Origin: an uncultured delta proteobacterium | Lineage (GTDB): Bacteria; Myxococcota_A; Polyangia; Polyangiales; B10-G4 | Length of the DNA stretch: 64,000 nucleotides | NCBI GenBank assembly: GCA_963727445.1 | Contig: CAVSGI010000002.1 | Location: forward strand, 64,001 to 128,000 | Reading direction: 5' to 3' | Shown: in pieces, positions 52,098 through 64,000 of the stretch | Layout of the letters: each line of letters opens with the position of its first letter | Numbering within the stretch: the first letter of the stretch is position 1 | Notes under the pieces: generated by a model | Databases searched by the model: none | What the model saw: the letters and a program-made list of their open reading frames with translations, nothing else | What the model was told of the DNA's origin: nothing | Program-made: the position numbers and the translations under genes

Positions 52098-52967
52098 TCA
52101 GCGTCGAGGGCGGACGCGCCGGCGGAGCACGAGCGCCAGGAGCGCCAGCGCCCAGACGGGCTGCGGAAGGTCGCCCGTCCGGCCCGGCGACGCGGAGCAG
52201 AGCGGCTCGAAGAAGCTCCCCTGGATCGGATCGTCACAGAGCGGTGTGGCGCTGTCGTCCACGTTGCCCACTCCGTCCACCGCCACCACGCTCACACAGA
52301 CCGGAGACGCGATCTCGGAAGGCTCCGCGATGAAGGCCATGATCTGATTGCCGGCGCTTTGATTACGGAGCCTGGCACGGAGCTGAGGGGCGTCGACCTC
52401 CGGCCCGCGGCTCAGGTAGAGGAGATATTCGATGTCACCCGGGGGGCCGTCGTCCGTCGCTCCTTCGAACGAGACGTCGATGCGATACGAGCCGGCGGTG
52501 GCGTCGCAGGAGTCCTCCTCGATCTTGGTGGCGGTCATCTCGAGGACGCTGCCCGCGACCGGCGGCATGAGATCGAAGCTCGAGCCCGTGCGGAAGTTGA
52601 AGGGGAAGTCCGCGTCGAGGCCGAACGCCGTGCCCACGTAGATCGTGCCGGGAGCGAAAGGCTCGTCGGGGGTGAAGACCAGGATGTCCCCGACGGCGCG
52701 GGAGCGACCGGTGACCATCGGGCCGCTCTCACTGCCCTCGAAGACGACGATGGAGGTCGTGGGATCGGCGCCGATGACCGGATCGTCGAAGTACCCGGGC
52801 GGGTAGCGCACCTCGATGGGCGCGCCGAGGGTCACGTTGGGAGCGCCCACCGCCGGCGTGATCTCGAGGGGCGCGCGCAGGTCGGACCCGACGCACGTTC
52901 CTGCATCCTGCGCAGCGGCCACCGCAGAGACGGCGACGAGGGGAATCGCGAGGACGAGGGCGCGCAC
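52098..52967 (-). CDS. Secreted Ig-like (Big_5-type) protein with MYXO-CTERM-like tail
   Basis: GTG 52967 signal peptide; TPAVGAPNV..LVFTPDEPF..FRTG; LCSASPG..WALALLALVLRRRVR. Confidence 0.7.
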   Translation of the reverse strand: MRALVLAIPLVAVSAVAAAQDAGTCVGSDLRAPLEITPAVGAPNVTLGAPIEVRYPPGYFDDPVIGADPTTSIVVFEGSESGPMVTGRSRAVGDILVFTPDEPFAPGTIYVGTAFGLDADFPFNFRTGSSFDLMPPVAGSVLEMTATKIEEDSCDATAGSYRIDVSFEGATDDGPPGDIEYLLYLSRGPEVDAPQLRARLRNQSAGNQIMAFIAEPSEIASPVCVSVVAVDGVGNVDDSATPLCDDPIQGSFFEPLCSASPGRTGDLPQPVWALALLALVLRRRVRPRR

Positions 52968-53027
52968 GCCGAGAGTATAGCGCCGGGGCAGTGGGTGACC
53001 ACCGGCGACTCGTGGTATGAAGCGACG

Positions 53028-53726
53028 ATGAGCTGGCCCGAGGGGATGCGACGCGGCGCGCTCCTGGCCGCGATGCTCGCCGGCGATTCGAGCCTCGAGC
53101 GCGCGGGGCCCGCGCTCGGTGAACGAGGGGATGTGCTCGCGCTCGGGCCGCGCCTCGCGCCCGACGGCGACAAGCGGGCGCTGATCCGAGCGCTGGCCGG
53201 CTCGGTCGAAGCGAAGGTGAGCGCCACCGCGCCCGCCCCGGCGCGCGCGCGCGCGCTCCTCGCGCGCCGCGTCTCGCGCGAGGTGGGTGAGCGGTGGCTC
53301 GAAAGCGCCCCGAAGGTGCGCCGCGGCTTCCGCCCGCCGCGCGGCCTCTTGCGCAGCGTGGCGCACGCCCTCAGCGACGAGCGGGCGCCCGAGATCGATG
53401 ACGGCGCCGCGCTTCGAAGCGGCCGAATGCACCTCGCCGCCGCGATACGGCGCGCCGACGATTCGCGACGTGGGGAGCTACTTCACGGCATCTCCGCAGG
53501 CGAGGCGGCGTCGCTCCTCGCGCTCTCCGCACACGACGAAGGATGCACGCCGCCCACGTCGGCGATGCTCCTCGCGGCGTCTCTCGCGGAGGGAGACGCG
53601 CGGGTCGCCGCCCTCGGGCGCGTGGAGCGTGGAACGAAAGCCACCAAGACGCCGAAGGACGCGATGGCGCGCGCCGGACGGGAGCTCGCCGAGCTCGGGC
53701 TCGCCGGCGCCGAGGGGAGCGGTTGA
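53028..53726 (+). CDS. Hypothetical protein (positionally SctK-like)
   Basis: ATG 53028, Ala/Arg-rich helical ORF whose stop overlaps the sctL/fliH start (TGATG). Confidence 0.5.
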   Translation: MSWPEGMRRGALLAAMLAGDSSLERAGPALGERGDVLALGPRLAPDGDKRALIRALAGSVEAKVSATAPAPARARALLARRVSREVGERWLESAPKVRRGFRPPRGLLRSVAHALSDERAPEIDDGAALRSGRMHLAAAIRRADDSRRGELLHGISAGEAASLLALSAHDEGCTPPTSAMLLAASLAEGDARVAALGRVERGTKATKTPKDAMARAGRELAELGLAGAEGSG

Positions 53727-54280
53727 TGGCGCGGGTGATCCGCGGCGGCGGCCACGTCGTCCCCGGTGAGGTGGTGGACGCCCACGCCGAAGCCGAAAAG
53801 ATCCTCGCGGAAGCGAAAGCCCAGGCAGCAGCCGTCCTGTCAAAAGCGCGCGCCGAAGCCGAGGCCGTCGAGGCGGAGTCGGCCCGCCTCGGCCGCGAAG
53901 AAGCGGAGTCCGAAGCCGCCGCCCTGTTGGTGAGCGCTGCTGCTCTCCGCGATCGTGCCCTCGCCGAGGCCGAGGGCACGGTGAAGGAGCTGGCCATCGC
54001 GGCGGCGAAGCACATCGTCACCGCGGAGCTCTCGCTGAGCCCCGAGCGCATCGCTGACATCGTTCGCGACGTGCTCGGCCGGGCGCGTCGGGCCCGGCGG
54101 GTGGAGGTCCGAGTACATCCCGACGACGCCGCGCACCTGGGGGAGGCCTTTTCGGGGGCCCAGGTGGTCGAGGACGCCGGCATCGAGCGCGGCGGGTGCA
54201 TCGTGCGCACCGAGCTCGGCCAGCTCGACGCCCGCCTCGAGGTCCGCCTCGACGCCCTGGCGCGCCGCCTTTCGGGGTAG
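53726..54280 (+). CDS. sctL: FliH/SctL (YscL/HrpE) T3SS ATPase stator
   Basis: MARVIR; Ala-rich coil; VRVHPDD; IERGGCIVRTELGQLDARLE. Confidence 0.85.
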   Translation: MARVIRGGGHVVPGEVVDAHAEAEKILAEAKAQAAAVLSKARAEAEAVEAESARLGREEAESEAAALLVSAAALRDRALAEAEGTVKELAIAAAKHIVTAELSLSPERIADIVRDVLGRARRARRVEVRVHPDDAAHLGEAFSGAQVVEDAGIERGGCIVRTELGQLDARLEVRLDALARRLSG

Positions 54281-54331
54281 GGCAAGCGGCGGAAATTTCG
54301 GCGCGATCCGCCCATTTGTTAGCTTCCGAGC

Positions 54332-55960
54332 ATGCGCGCTCTGGGCGCCCTCATCTGTCTTGCCGTCGCGCTCCTCACGCCTGGGTCCGCCCGTGCATGG
54401 ACCGAAGCGAACGTTTCGAGCGTGAGCGCCGACGTCGACGTCGACGCGAGCGGCCACGCGCAGGTGACATTGCTGCTGACGGTGCGCATCGGCGGCGGCT
54501 GGCTCTCGGGTCTCGACCTCGACGGTCTGGATCCCGATCTGGTCCTCGACGAGGCCAAGCCACCGTGGGCGATGTCGGCCGACGATCCGACTCAGACGTG
54601 GACGCCGACCGTTCGCGTTCGCGAAGAGGGCGGCGTGCGACTGGGCTTCGGCGGCCGCGGCTCGCCGCGGCGCGGCACGCTCCTCGTCGGCCTCAGCTAC
54701 GCGACCGAGCTCGCCGGTCGCGGCACGACGCCCATCGACGACGGGCAGGTGCGGGTGAGCTGGACGCTCCCGGGTTGGCGTGCGGGGCTCGACAACGTCG
54801 AGGTGAAGATTGCGACCCCCGAAGGAGCCGAGGTCGCGCCGTCGATGGAAGACGGGAGCGAAGCGGCCGATGACATCTCCGAGGAAGAGCGGCCCGGTCA
54901 CTCCGTGCACGTCTTTCGGCGGATCCATCTGCCGCGCACCATGCCGTGGACGGTCTCCGTCGATCTTCCGGCGGAGGCCCTCGACCCCGCGCTCCGCGGC
55001 CCGACGGTCGCGCTCCCGCACACCCCCGAGGCCCGGAGCGAGCCCGTCGAGGGCCCCGTCGCCGGCCTGGCGATGATCCTCCTGGTCGCCTTCCTCTCCC
55101 TCGCGTCCCGCGCCTCCTTCGCCTCCGCCTGTCGTGCCCGTGACCTTCGGCCGCGACCCCTGGTCGCGGGCCCCTTCTGGCTCATCCTGCCCGCCATCGC
55201 TGCGCTCGTCGCACTCGGCCAGCGTTTCGTCCTCGCCGAGCCCGCCGTCACCGTCGCCACCCTCGTCGCCATCGCGGCCGCCGCCATCCAGCGCGCGCCC
55301 CGAGCTCGGGCGGCCCTGCCCGCCCTTGGCGGCGGCCCGCTCGGACGCGAAGCGCTCGCGATCGCCAAACGTGAACGCTTCGCAGCGCATCTCATCGGCA
55401 CCCCGCTCCTCGATCTCACGACGCTCGGAGGCGCGGCGCTCTTCTTCGCAGCCGTGGCCGCGGCCCTCACCCTCGGCGACGAGCTGGGGCACACCCCCTC
55501 GGCGCTGTCGCTGGCCGCGGTGGGCCTGTCCACGATCCCTTTCCTCACGGCGACGCGCTTTCACCTGACCCGAGGCCGCGCCGAACGTCTCCTCCTGCTT
55601 CGCCGGCTGGCCGAGGAGTGGCGCGAGGCGGGGCCGATCGCGCTCCGCCTCTCGGAAGGACCCACGCTCTCGTTGATCCCCGCGGAAGAGGTCGATGGCC
55701 TGCTCCGCTTCGAGGTGGTGATCACCGAGCGGGCCGTGCTCGGCGGCTTCGACGCGGAGCCGGTGGTCCTGCTCTCGACCGCGGCCGAGAGCGAAGCCGA
55801 AGCGCGCCTGCTGCGAGGACAGATCCCTTCCCCCATTCCCGACGGCGAGGGCCGGCTCGTGCGCATCGTGCCGGCGCACCCCGCGCGCATCGCCGAGCTC
55901 GCGGAGCTCTTGAGCGCGCCCGCGCAAGAGTCCCCCGCGTCGCTACTCGCCGCCGCGTGA
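54332..55960 (+). CDS. Hypothetical membrane protein (secreted beta domain plus TM bundle)
   Basis: Signal peptide, beta-rich N-domain, ~5 TM segments. Confidence 0.7.
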   Translation: MRALGALICLAVALLTPGSARAWTEANVSSVSADVDVDASGHAQVTLLLTVRIGGGWLSGLDLDGLDPDLVLDEAKPPWAMSADDPTQTWTPTVRVREEGGVRLGFGGRGSPRRGTLLVGLSYATELAGRGTTPIDDGQVRVSWTLPGWRAGLDNVEVKIATPEGAEVAPSMEDGSEAADDISEEERPGHSVHVFRRIHLPRTMPWTVSVDLPAEALDPALRGPTVALPHTPEARSEPVEGPVAGLAMILLVAFLSLASRASFASACRARDLRPRPLVAGPFWLILPAIAALVALGQRFVLAEPAVTVATLVAIAAAAIQRAPRARAALPALGGGPLGREALAIAKRERFAAHLIGTPLLDLTTLGGAALFFAAVAAALTLGDELGHTPSALSLAAVGLSTIPFLTATRFHLTRGRAERLLLLRRLAEEWREAGPIALRLSEGPTLSLIPAEEVDGLLRFEVVITERAVLGGFDAEPVVLLSTAAESEAEARLLRGQIPSPIPDGEGRLVRIVPAHPARIAELAELLSAPAQESPASLLAAA

Positions 55961-57763
55961 GCTCGGAAGCCGACTCCGAAGCTGGGTGAGCATGCCGACC
56001 CGCACCGGATTGCTCTGCTCCGCCATCGCCTCTTCCACCGGGCCGATCGCTTCCGGACCGTAGATGCGCACGATCAAGTCGCCGGCCGCGTCCGCCACCG
56101 CCGGGCTCTGCGCCATGCGGATGAGGTCGGGGAGCATGCGCCTGTCGCCGCGCGCCGACGGGTCGATCTCCATCGCCTGGCCATAGCGCTCGAGCGCGTC
56201 GGTGAAGTAGACGATGTCGACGAAATGGTGCGCGAGCACCAACGACGGCCGCGGGTCGTCGGGGAGCGCCCGCTGGATTTGGTAGATGCTGCGCCGATTG
56301 CGATTGGTGAGCCGCCGGCCTCGCCGCACCTTGCGGTGGTAACGGAGCAACGCGCGGGGCAGCGGGCGCCGGAAGGGGTCACGCGCCCTCGGCCACTCGG
56401 CGCCGAAGTCGAGACCAGAGACCGGCTCCTCCTCTTCCCCTTCGAGGGCGGTCTCCTCGGGATTGACCTCGAGAGCCAGATCCTCGGGCGCGAGCTCGTC
56501 GAGGTCCGACAGGTCCTCTTCCTCGCCCGGAACGATGACCTCTTCCTCCTCTTCCTCCTCGACGTCCTCGCCCTCCGCGGTGGGGGCCTCGGGGGTCTGG
56601 TCCGTGCCGCCGCCGGCATCCTCGTCGCCCTCCGGCGGCCAAAAGACGAGCACCGCGGCGATGAGCAGGAGGACGATCCCGATCCCGATGGCTCCGAAGC
56701 GGATCAGCCGTCGCACGTCGACCTCGTCGTTTGCCACCGTCTCGCTCTGCGAGACCTCCTCGGTCGGCACCATGGTGGGCGCGTCGGAGTTGACGTTCAT
56801 GCGACCCTGGACCTCTCCCGAAGCCGCGAGGGGATTGAAGGTCGCCGGCGGAGAGGGCAGCGCGTCGAGCGCTTCGAGCATCACGCCGGCGTTGTCGAAG
56901 CGATCCTGCCGCTCCTTCTGCATCGACTTTTCGAGGAAGGCGCGGAGCTCGGGCGTGAGGATCAAGCCGGCGCGGGCCGCTTCGGCGTCGGGCATGGGCT
57001 CGAGCAGGTGCGCGCGAAGCATCTCGGCCCGCGTCGGCGCCTCGTAGGGGTAGCGACCGGTGAGGATCTCGTAGAAGAGAACCCCCGCCGAATAGACGTC
57101 GGCGCGTACGTCCACCGACGACCCCGTCGCCTGCTCTGGCGACATGTACGCGGGCGTGCCGAGAATGGTGCCGCTCTTGGTGAGCGTGGGGTCGGCCTCG
57201 CCCTGCTCGGTCGTGAAGATCTTCGCCAGACCGAAGTCGAGGATCTTCACGTGGTGCGGCGCGTCGGGGAGCGCCTGCAGGAACACGTTGGCCGCCTTGA
57301 GGTCGCGGTGGACGATCCCCTTTTCGTGGGCGAAGGCCAGCCCGCGCAGGATCTGCCGCTGGATCTCCATCGCCAACTCGATCTCGGGCGGGCCGTCGTC
57401 GTCGATCAGATCGGCGAGGGTTCGCCCGGTGAGCAGCTCCATCACCAGGTAGGGCATCCCATCGCTGATGCCGTAGTCGTTGACGCTGACCACGTTGGGA
57501 TGACTCAGCGCCGAGAGCGCCTGCCCTTCGCGCTCGAAGCGCCGCCTCAGCTCGTCGATGTTGCCGAGCTTCTCGTGCAGCACCTTGATCGCCACGCGGC
57601 GCTGAAGCTTCAGGTGCTCCGCGCGGTACACCACCCCCACACCGCCAGTCCCCAGCACGTCTTCGATGCGGTATCGACCGTCGATGACCTTGCCGATGAG
57701 GGGATCGGCTGACCAGGAGGGCACCTCCTTTTCGGCGGCCCCCCCGGTGGAGCTGCGCGACAT
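55943..57763 (-). CDS. Membrane Ser/Thr protein kinase (Hanks type)
   Basis: LGTGGVGVVY, VAIKVL, VHRDLKAANV, DFGLAK, GTPAYMSPEQ; TM; acidic linker and helical-repeat C-terminus. Confidence 0.95.
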   Translation of the reverse strand: MSRSSTGGAAEKEVPSWSADPLIGKVIDGRYRIEDVLGTGGVGVVYRAEHLKLQRRVAIKVLHEKLGNIDELRRRFEREGQALSALSHPNVVSVNDYGISDGMPYLVMELLTGRTLADLIDDDGPPEIELAMEIQRQILRGLAFAHEKGIVHRDLKAANVFLQALPDAPHHVKILDFGLAKIFTTEQGEADPTLTKSGTILGTPAYMSPEQATGSSVDVRADVYSAGVLFYEILTGRYPYEAPTRAEMLRAHLLEPMPDAEAARAGLILTPELRAFLEKSMQKERQDRFDNAGVMLEALDALPSPPATFNPLAASGEVQGRMNVNSDAPTMVPTEEVSQSETVANDEVDVRRLIRFGAIGIGIVLLLIAAVLVFWPPEGDEDAGGGTDQTPEAPTAEGEDVEEEEEEEVIVPGEEEDLSDLDELAPEDLALEVNPEETALEGEEEEPVSGLDFGAEWPRARDPFRRPLPRALLRYHRKVRRGRRLTNRNRRSIYQIQRALPDDPRPSLVLAHHFVDIVYFTDALERYGQAMEIDPSARGDRRMLPDLIRMAQSPAVADAAGDLIVRIYGPEAIGPVEEAMAEQSNPVRVGMLTQLRSRLPSSRGGE

Positions 57764-57820
57764 GCGCGAATGATACCGTGCCCAGGCCCCAGGCTGAATG
57801 CCTGGTGATAGGTTGCCCCC

Positions 57821-58147
57821 ATGATCGCCTACACCGTGCGCTGCGCCTTCGAGGACCCCGAAGTGGCCCGACAGTGGACCGAATGGCTGGTCTCGGAGCA
57901 TCTGAGCGACGTGATGGCCGCCGGCGCCTCCGCCGCCGAGCTGGTCCGCCTGGACGGCGACCCCGGGGCCGTGGTGCTCGAGGCCCGCTACCGCTTCGAC
58001 AGCCGAGAAGCATTCGAACGCTACGAGCGCGAGGAGGCTCCGCGCCTTCGCGACGAGGGGCTCCGGCTCTTCCCCCTCTCGCTGGGCCTTTCCTACACCC
58101 GCTCGGTGGGGGAGATCCTCAGCCCCGCTCCCCGAGCACGGCCATGA
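57821..58147 (+). CDS. DUF4286-like small protein
   Basis: YTV..W.EWL..EHLSDV..Y.F.S.E.FERY..EEAPRLR.EG..F pattern. Confidence 0.7.
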   Translation: MIAYTVRCAFEDPEVARQWTEWLVSEHLSDVMAAGASAAELVRLDGDPGAVVLEARYRFDSREAFERYEREEAPRLRDEGLRLFPLSLGLSYTRSVGEILSPAPRARP

Positions 58148-58910
58148 GCAGGTCCGGCCGGTCGCTCATGAGGGCGTCCACGTCGAGCAACAAGAGGCGC
58201 CGCATCTCGCGTTCGTCGTCGATGGTCCAGACGTGTACCTGGACGCCGTGGCGGTGGGCGGCGGAGACGAAACGGCGATCGACGACCTCGAGGCCGGACC
58301 AACGGGGCGGCACCTGAAGCGCCTCGAAGTCCCAGGCCCGCAGACGGTCGAGCCCCGCCCTGCTCGCGAGCCAGAAGTCGAGCACACCGGCGAAGCCCGG
58401 GCTGGTGGGCACCCGGCCGCGCGAGAGCGTGCGGAAGGCGTCTCCCCACTTCTGATTCGCCGCCGCCACCAGCACCCGGTCGTGGATGCCCCGCGCCTCG
58501 ATGAAGTCCCAGAGCTCGAGCGCCATCGGATGCTTCATCTCGAGGTTGAAGAAGAGGTCCTCGAAGCGCTCGAGCGCTTCCGAGAACGTCGGGATCCGCA
58601 CGCCCTTACCGCGAAAGGGATGGCCTCCCTCGATCGCTTCGAAGCGGTAGCCCGCGTCGAGGCGCGAGAGCTCGGTGAGCGTCATGTCGCGGATGGCCCC
58701 GCTCCCGTCGGTGGTTCGATCGACGCGCGCGTCGTGATGGATCACCAGGTGGCCGTCGCGGGTGCGATGGAGATCGGTCTCGATGTGCGTGAACCCCAGC
58801 TCCGCGGCGCCGGCGAAGGCCTCGAGGGTGTTCTCGGGAAAGAGGAGGCTCCCGCCCCGATGGGCGAAGCCGAAGGGTCGTGGCCCCGACAGGTACGGAT
58901 AACGCCCCAC
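58119..58910 (-). CDS. Glycerophosphodiester phosphodiesterase
   Basis: AHRGGS..PENTLEAF, ETDLH.TRDG.LVIHHD..VDRTT, VHVWTID, MSDRPD. Confidence 0.93.
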   Translation of the reverse strand: MGRYPYLSGPRPFGFAHRGGSLLFPENTLEAFAGAAELGFTHIETDLHRTRDGHLVIHHDARVDRTTDGSGAIRDMTLTELSRLDAGYRFEAIEGGHPFRGKGVRIPTFSEALERFEDLFFNLEMKHPMALELWDFIEARGIHDRVLVAAANQKWGDAFRTLSRGRVPTSPGFAGVLDFWLASRAGLDRLRAWDFEALQVPPRWSGLEVVDRRFVSAAHRHGVQVHVWTIDDEREMRRLLLLDVDALMSDRPDLLMAVLGERG

Positions 58911-58925
58911 GATTCTCGATGCCGG

Positions 58926-59393
58926 CTACATGCAGGTGATGTCGGTCGTGTCGATCATCGCGACGTCGAATTCGCCCATGCTGCTCGGCATGGAGGCGTC
59001 GCGATGCTCCCACTGGACCACCACCGTCGCGCTCGCCGCGCTGCACAGGGTCGCGTCGGCGTCGGGGTTGGCCGTGGTGCCGACGAGGACCACGTCCTGG
59101 CTCTCCCCCGGTGAGAGCGTTCCATCGAAGCCGGCTGGTCGGTCGAGGTTCACGCTGGCGGCCGGCGCATCGGCGACGCGGATGTCGGCCCGCGGCACGA
59201 TGAACGTACGTGGGCCGAGCGCGTGAGCGCCCACCCGAAAGCTCACGTCCATCATCACCGACGCCACCGCATCGGCCCCGGTCCCCGTCACCATCACCGA
59301 CGCACTCTGTATCTCCGCCGCCACCCCGAGCTCGGTGTCGACCGAGCAGGAGGACGCGAGGAGCAGAACGGCGAGGACAGTCGCGCCCCGCAT
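58926..59393 (-). CDS. Hypothetical lipoprotein
   Basis: ATG 59393, MRGATVLAVLLLASS-C. Confidence 0.7.
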   Translation of the reverse strand: MRGATVLAVLLLASSCSVDTELGVAAEIQSASVMVTGTGADAVASVMMDVSFRVGAHALGPRTFIVPRADIRVADAPAASVNLDRPAGFDGTLSPGESQDVVLVGTTANPDADATLCSAASATVVVQWEHRDASMPSSMGEFDVAMIDTTDITCM

Positions 59394-59962
59394 CACGCCT
59401 TCATCGCGGCGACGCGGCTTTCCAAATGCGGCAGGATGCGGTCGATGTTCTTCACCTCGCGGTGAACCTCGTCCTCGTCCAGCTCCATGTCGAGCACCGC
59501 TTCCTGGACCGTGTCGTAGAGCCAGTTCGCGCCGTCCTCTTCGAGGCACTCGGGCGCCGAGTGACCCAGATGCGTCAGCTTGGGGCAGCCGTCCACCGCC
59601 TGGTCGAGGACGGTCACGAGCTCGTCGCCGAGAAACTCGCGCGTCGCCCGGAGCTGCTCGTCGAGGGGCTCGAAGAGCTCGGGCATCGCCTCGCGGTGTC
59701 GCGCCATCGCCTCGGCGTTGGTCTTCTCGACGCGCTCGAGCGAGAGGCGCAGGACCAACACGTCGTCGACGTGGGCGAGGATCCCGATCTGCCCCGGGAT
59801 GGCGTTGTGACCCGAGAGGACGTGGATCAACGCCCCCGCGAGCAGGACCCTCCCCTCCTCGGTGATCTCGGGATCCTCCACGATGCGGAGAACCGCCTTC
59901 ATGTCCTGGGGGAGCGAGAGAATCCCCTCGCTCATCACTTCACGGAACCGTGCCTCAGCCAT
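59393..59962 (-). CDS. DUF1232/YkvA-like protein
   Basis: LLAGALIHVLS..NAIPGQIGILAHVDDVLVL. Confidence 0.7.
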   Translation of the reverse strand: MAEARFREVMSEGILSLPQDMKAVLRIVEDPEITEEGRVLLAGALIHVLSGHNAIPGQIGILAHVDDVLVLRLSLERVEKTNAEAMARHREAMPELFEPLDEQLRATREFLGDELVTVLDQAVDGCPKLTHLGHSAPECLEEDGANWLYDTVQEAVLDMELDEDEVHREVKNIDRILPHLESRVAAMKA

Positions 59963-59971
59963 CGTTTCTCG

Positions 59972-62029
<2,058 letters not shown>

Positions 62030-62151
62030 GGAAAGTGCGCGGCTTTTCGCTGCCCGCGACGTACCACGGACCCGCTCATGCGGTCAATCTTCGGCGAATT
62101 CGCCGCGCTGGCTGCCCCGGGTCTCGGTGAGGCCCCCCACGGTACGCGTCT

Positions 62152-63843
62152 TCAGTTACAGTTGCGCTGGACGAACTGATTGAAGCGCCGCGCGGCGGGG
62201 CTGGTGGGATAGCGGCTGATCACCTGCCGCATCAGATCGCAGGCGCGGTTCCGCTGCCCGGTCTCCCGATAGGCGTTGATGAGCGCCTCATACTCCCGGG
62301 GGCTGCCCGGATGGCGGAGATTCCGCACGATGCAGGCGTTGTAATTCGCCTCCGAGGTGCAATCGATCAGCGGGTTGCCCATCGTGGTCGGGGCGGTCAT
62401 GGTCGGCGGCGGGTTGGTCTCCTGCTGCTGCGTCATGCGGACCATGCTGTTGGTGTTCATGCGGGGATGGTGCTGCTCGGGCGGGGGCGTGACCGGATCG
62501 CGCACCATGGCCACCTCGGTCCCGCCCGCGTCGGCCCGCTCGATGATCGACTGGGCCTCCTCGAGGCTCGACTCGCTCACACCGACGCGGTTCTGGACCA
62601 TCTCCGCGTGGGTCCTGGCCTCTTCGACGTCGCCGGCGTCGAGCGCCTCCTCGGCCAGGCGGAGCCAGGCGCGCACCACGGCGTTGTTGGCGCGCTCCAC
62701 CTCCGGGTGCTGCCGGTAGCGGCTCTCCGCCGGCAGGTTGTCGAACTCCATCGCCGCATCCTCGAATTCGTTCTGAGCGAGGAAGGCCTGTCCGCGCTCG
62801 AAGGTGGGCTCTTCGGCGCGCATGCGCTCCGCCACGTCCTTGCAGGCGGCCGCTTCGGCGTGTCCGGGAGCCACCTCGAGCGCCGTCTGCGCCGCGGCGA
62901 CCGCCTCGGCCGGGGCCCAGCGATCGAGCGCGGAGCGACACTCGCTGATCAGCCCGTCGACGTTCGCCTCGCCCACGGCGGAGGTCTCGTTGATCGGTGT
63001 CGCGGTCGGACCGTCATCGTCGCCCCCGGTTCCGATGGCGAGGACGCCGGCCACGACCACGGCGACGCCGATGATCGCCACGGCCGCCACGATGGGCGCT
63101 TTGGACATGCCGGTCGAGAGATTGACCGGCTCCATCTGCACGGTGGCGTCGGAGTCGAAGACGTAGCTCTCGCCTTCGCCGACGTAGCGGAAGCGGACCT
63201 GTCCCAGCTCGAGCACGTCGCCCGGCGTGAGCGATGCTTCCTCGATCTCCCGGCCGTTGACGCGGACCCCGTTGGCGCTGCCCAGATCGATCACGCGGAA
63301 GTCACCACCCTCGCGCGCGATCTCGGCGTGCTCGCGCGAGATCGATCGGTGGTTCACCCATATCGGAAGATCTTCGGCGCGCCCGATGCGCTGCCGCTCG
63401 CGGGAGAGCGCGAACTCCGCGCCGGGGGCGGGCGGCGTCAGCATCACCAAACGCGCGGGCGGGCGCGGCTCCGCGGGCGACTCGATCATCGCGGTCGCGG
63501 CGTCGCTCACCTCACCCGCGCCGGCGACGGCGGCGGTGGGCGCGTCGGCGACCGCATCGGATTGCAGCGCGAGCACGTAGTCCCCGATGCCGAGCTGGTC
63601 ACCCGACTTCAGGTTGACGCGACCGTCGATGCGCCGACCGTTGACCTTCACTCCGTTGTACGAGTTCAGATCCTCGACGACGAATGCACCGTTCGCTTTG
63701 AGCAGCTTCGCGTGCTTGCGGGAGACGTTCCGCTCCGTCAGGCGGATCGTGTTCCCCTCTTTCCGGCCGATGGATATCTCATCGCGGACCAGGGGAACTA
63801 CGGTCGTCTTCCCTTCGTCGTCCGATATGACGAGCTTATACAT
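62152..63843 (-). CDS. Double-FHA domain membrane protein with periplasmic TPR-like region
   Basis: IGRKEGN..NVSRKHA..DLNSYNGVKVNG; second FHA IGR..SISREHA..DLGSANG; TM; helical repeats. Confidence 0.9.
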   Translation of the reverse strand: MYKLVISDDEGKTTVVPLVRDEISIGRKEGNTIRLTERNVSRKHAKLLKANGAFVVEDLNSYNGVKVNGRRIDGRVNLKSGDQLGIGDYVLALQSDAVADAPTAAVAGAGEVSDAATAMIESPAEPRPPARLVMLTPPAPGAEFALSRERQRIGRAEDLPIWVNHRSISREHAEIAREGGDFRVIDLGSANGVRVNGREIEEASLTPGDVLELGQVRFRYVGEGESYVFDSDATVQMEPVNLSTGMSKAPIVAAVAIIGVAVVVAGVLAIGTGGDDDGPTATPINETSAVGEANVDGLISECRSALDRWAPAEAVAAAQTALEVAPGHAEAAACKDVAERMRAEEPTFERGQAFLAQNEFEDAAMEFDNLPAESRYRQHPEVERANNAVVRAWLRLAEEALDAGDVEEARTHAEMVQNRVGVSESSLEEAQSIIERADAGGTEVAMVRDPVTPPPEQHHPRMNTNSMVRMTQQQETNPPPTMTAPTTMGNPLIDCTSEANYNACIVRNLRHPGSPREYEALINAYRETGQRNRACDLMRQVISRYPTSPAARRFNQFVQRNCN

Positions 63844-64000
63844 CCCGTCTATGGCCCCAATTCCGCACGGTTTTCCGCCGCTTGGAGAGCATGTTATCGA
63901 CGCCCCAAGCAGTGTCAACGCCCACGTGATTTCATCGTACCACGCACGCTCCTGATAGACCCACCTACCGGGGCGGGCCTTGGAGTGCCACGCTGGAGAT

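Overview
High-GC window, most likely from a myxobacterium (Myxococcota, Polyangiales-like). This is inferred from MYXO-CTERM-like tails, FHA/Ser-Thr kinase genes, a DUF1592/DUF1552 pair and a TSP3-OmpA protein. Main feature: a ~15.6 kb minus-strand, translationally coupled 12-gene cluster (64-15696) with about 88 heme c-binding motifs. It appears to encode a complete trans-envelope electron-transfer chain: an OmcA/MtrC-type decaheme, an octaheme lipoprotein, a cytochrome c/NrfC/NrfD quinol oxidoreductase, a porin flanked by two 13-heme cytochromes, a 9-heme and a 29-heme membrane-anchored cytochrome, and a diheme protein. Second highlight: the non-coding region 27662-28685. It holds a candidate sigma54-driven ~105-nt sRNA with a C8 loop (Pxr-like architecture), tandem palindromic upstream sites, and a 6.5-copy 105-bp REP-like hairpin array bounded by terminal inverted repeats. 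The rest is mostly housekeeping and envelope genes: clpP, sspB-like, sugar ABC transporter, Crp/Fnr, RpoH-like sigma, rsmI, parvulin, GH15, orphan SctL/FliH, kinase, PP2C, OmpA. About 16 apparent frameshifts in otherwise intact genes most likely reflect assembly indel errors. All family assignments come from motif recognition; no database searches were run.
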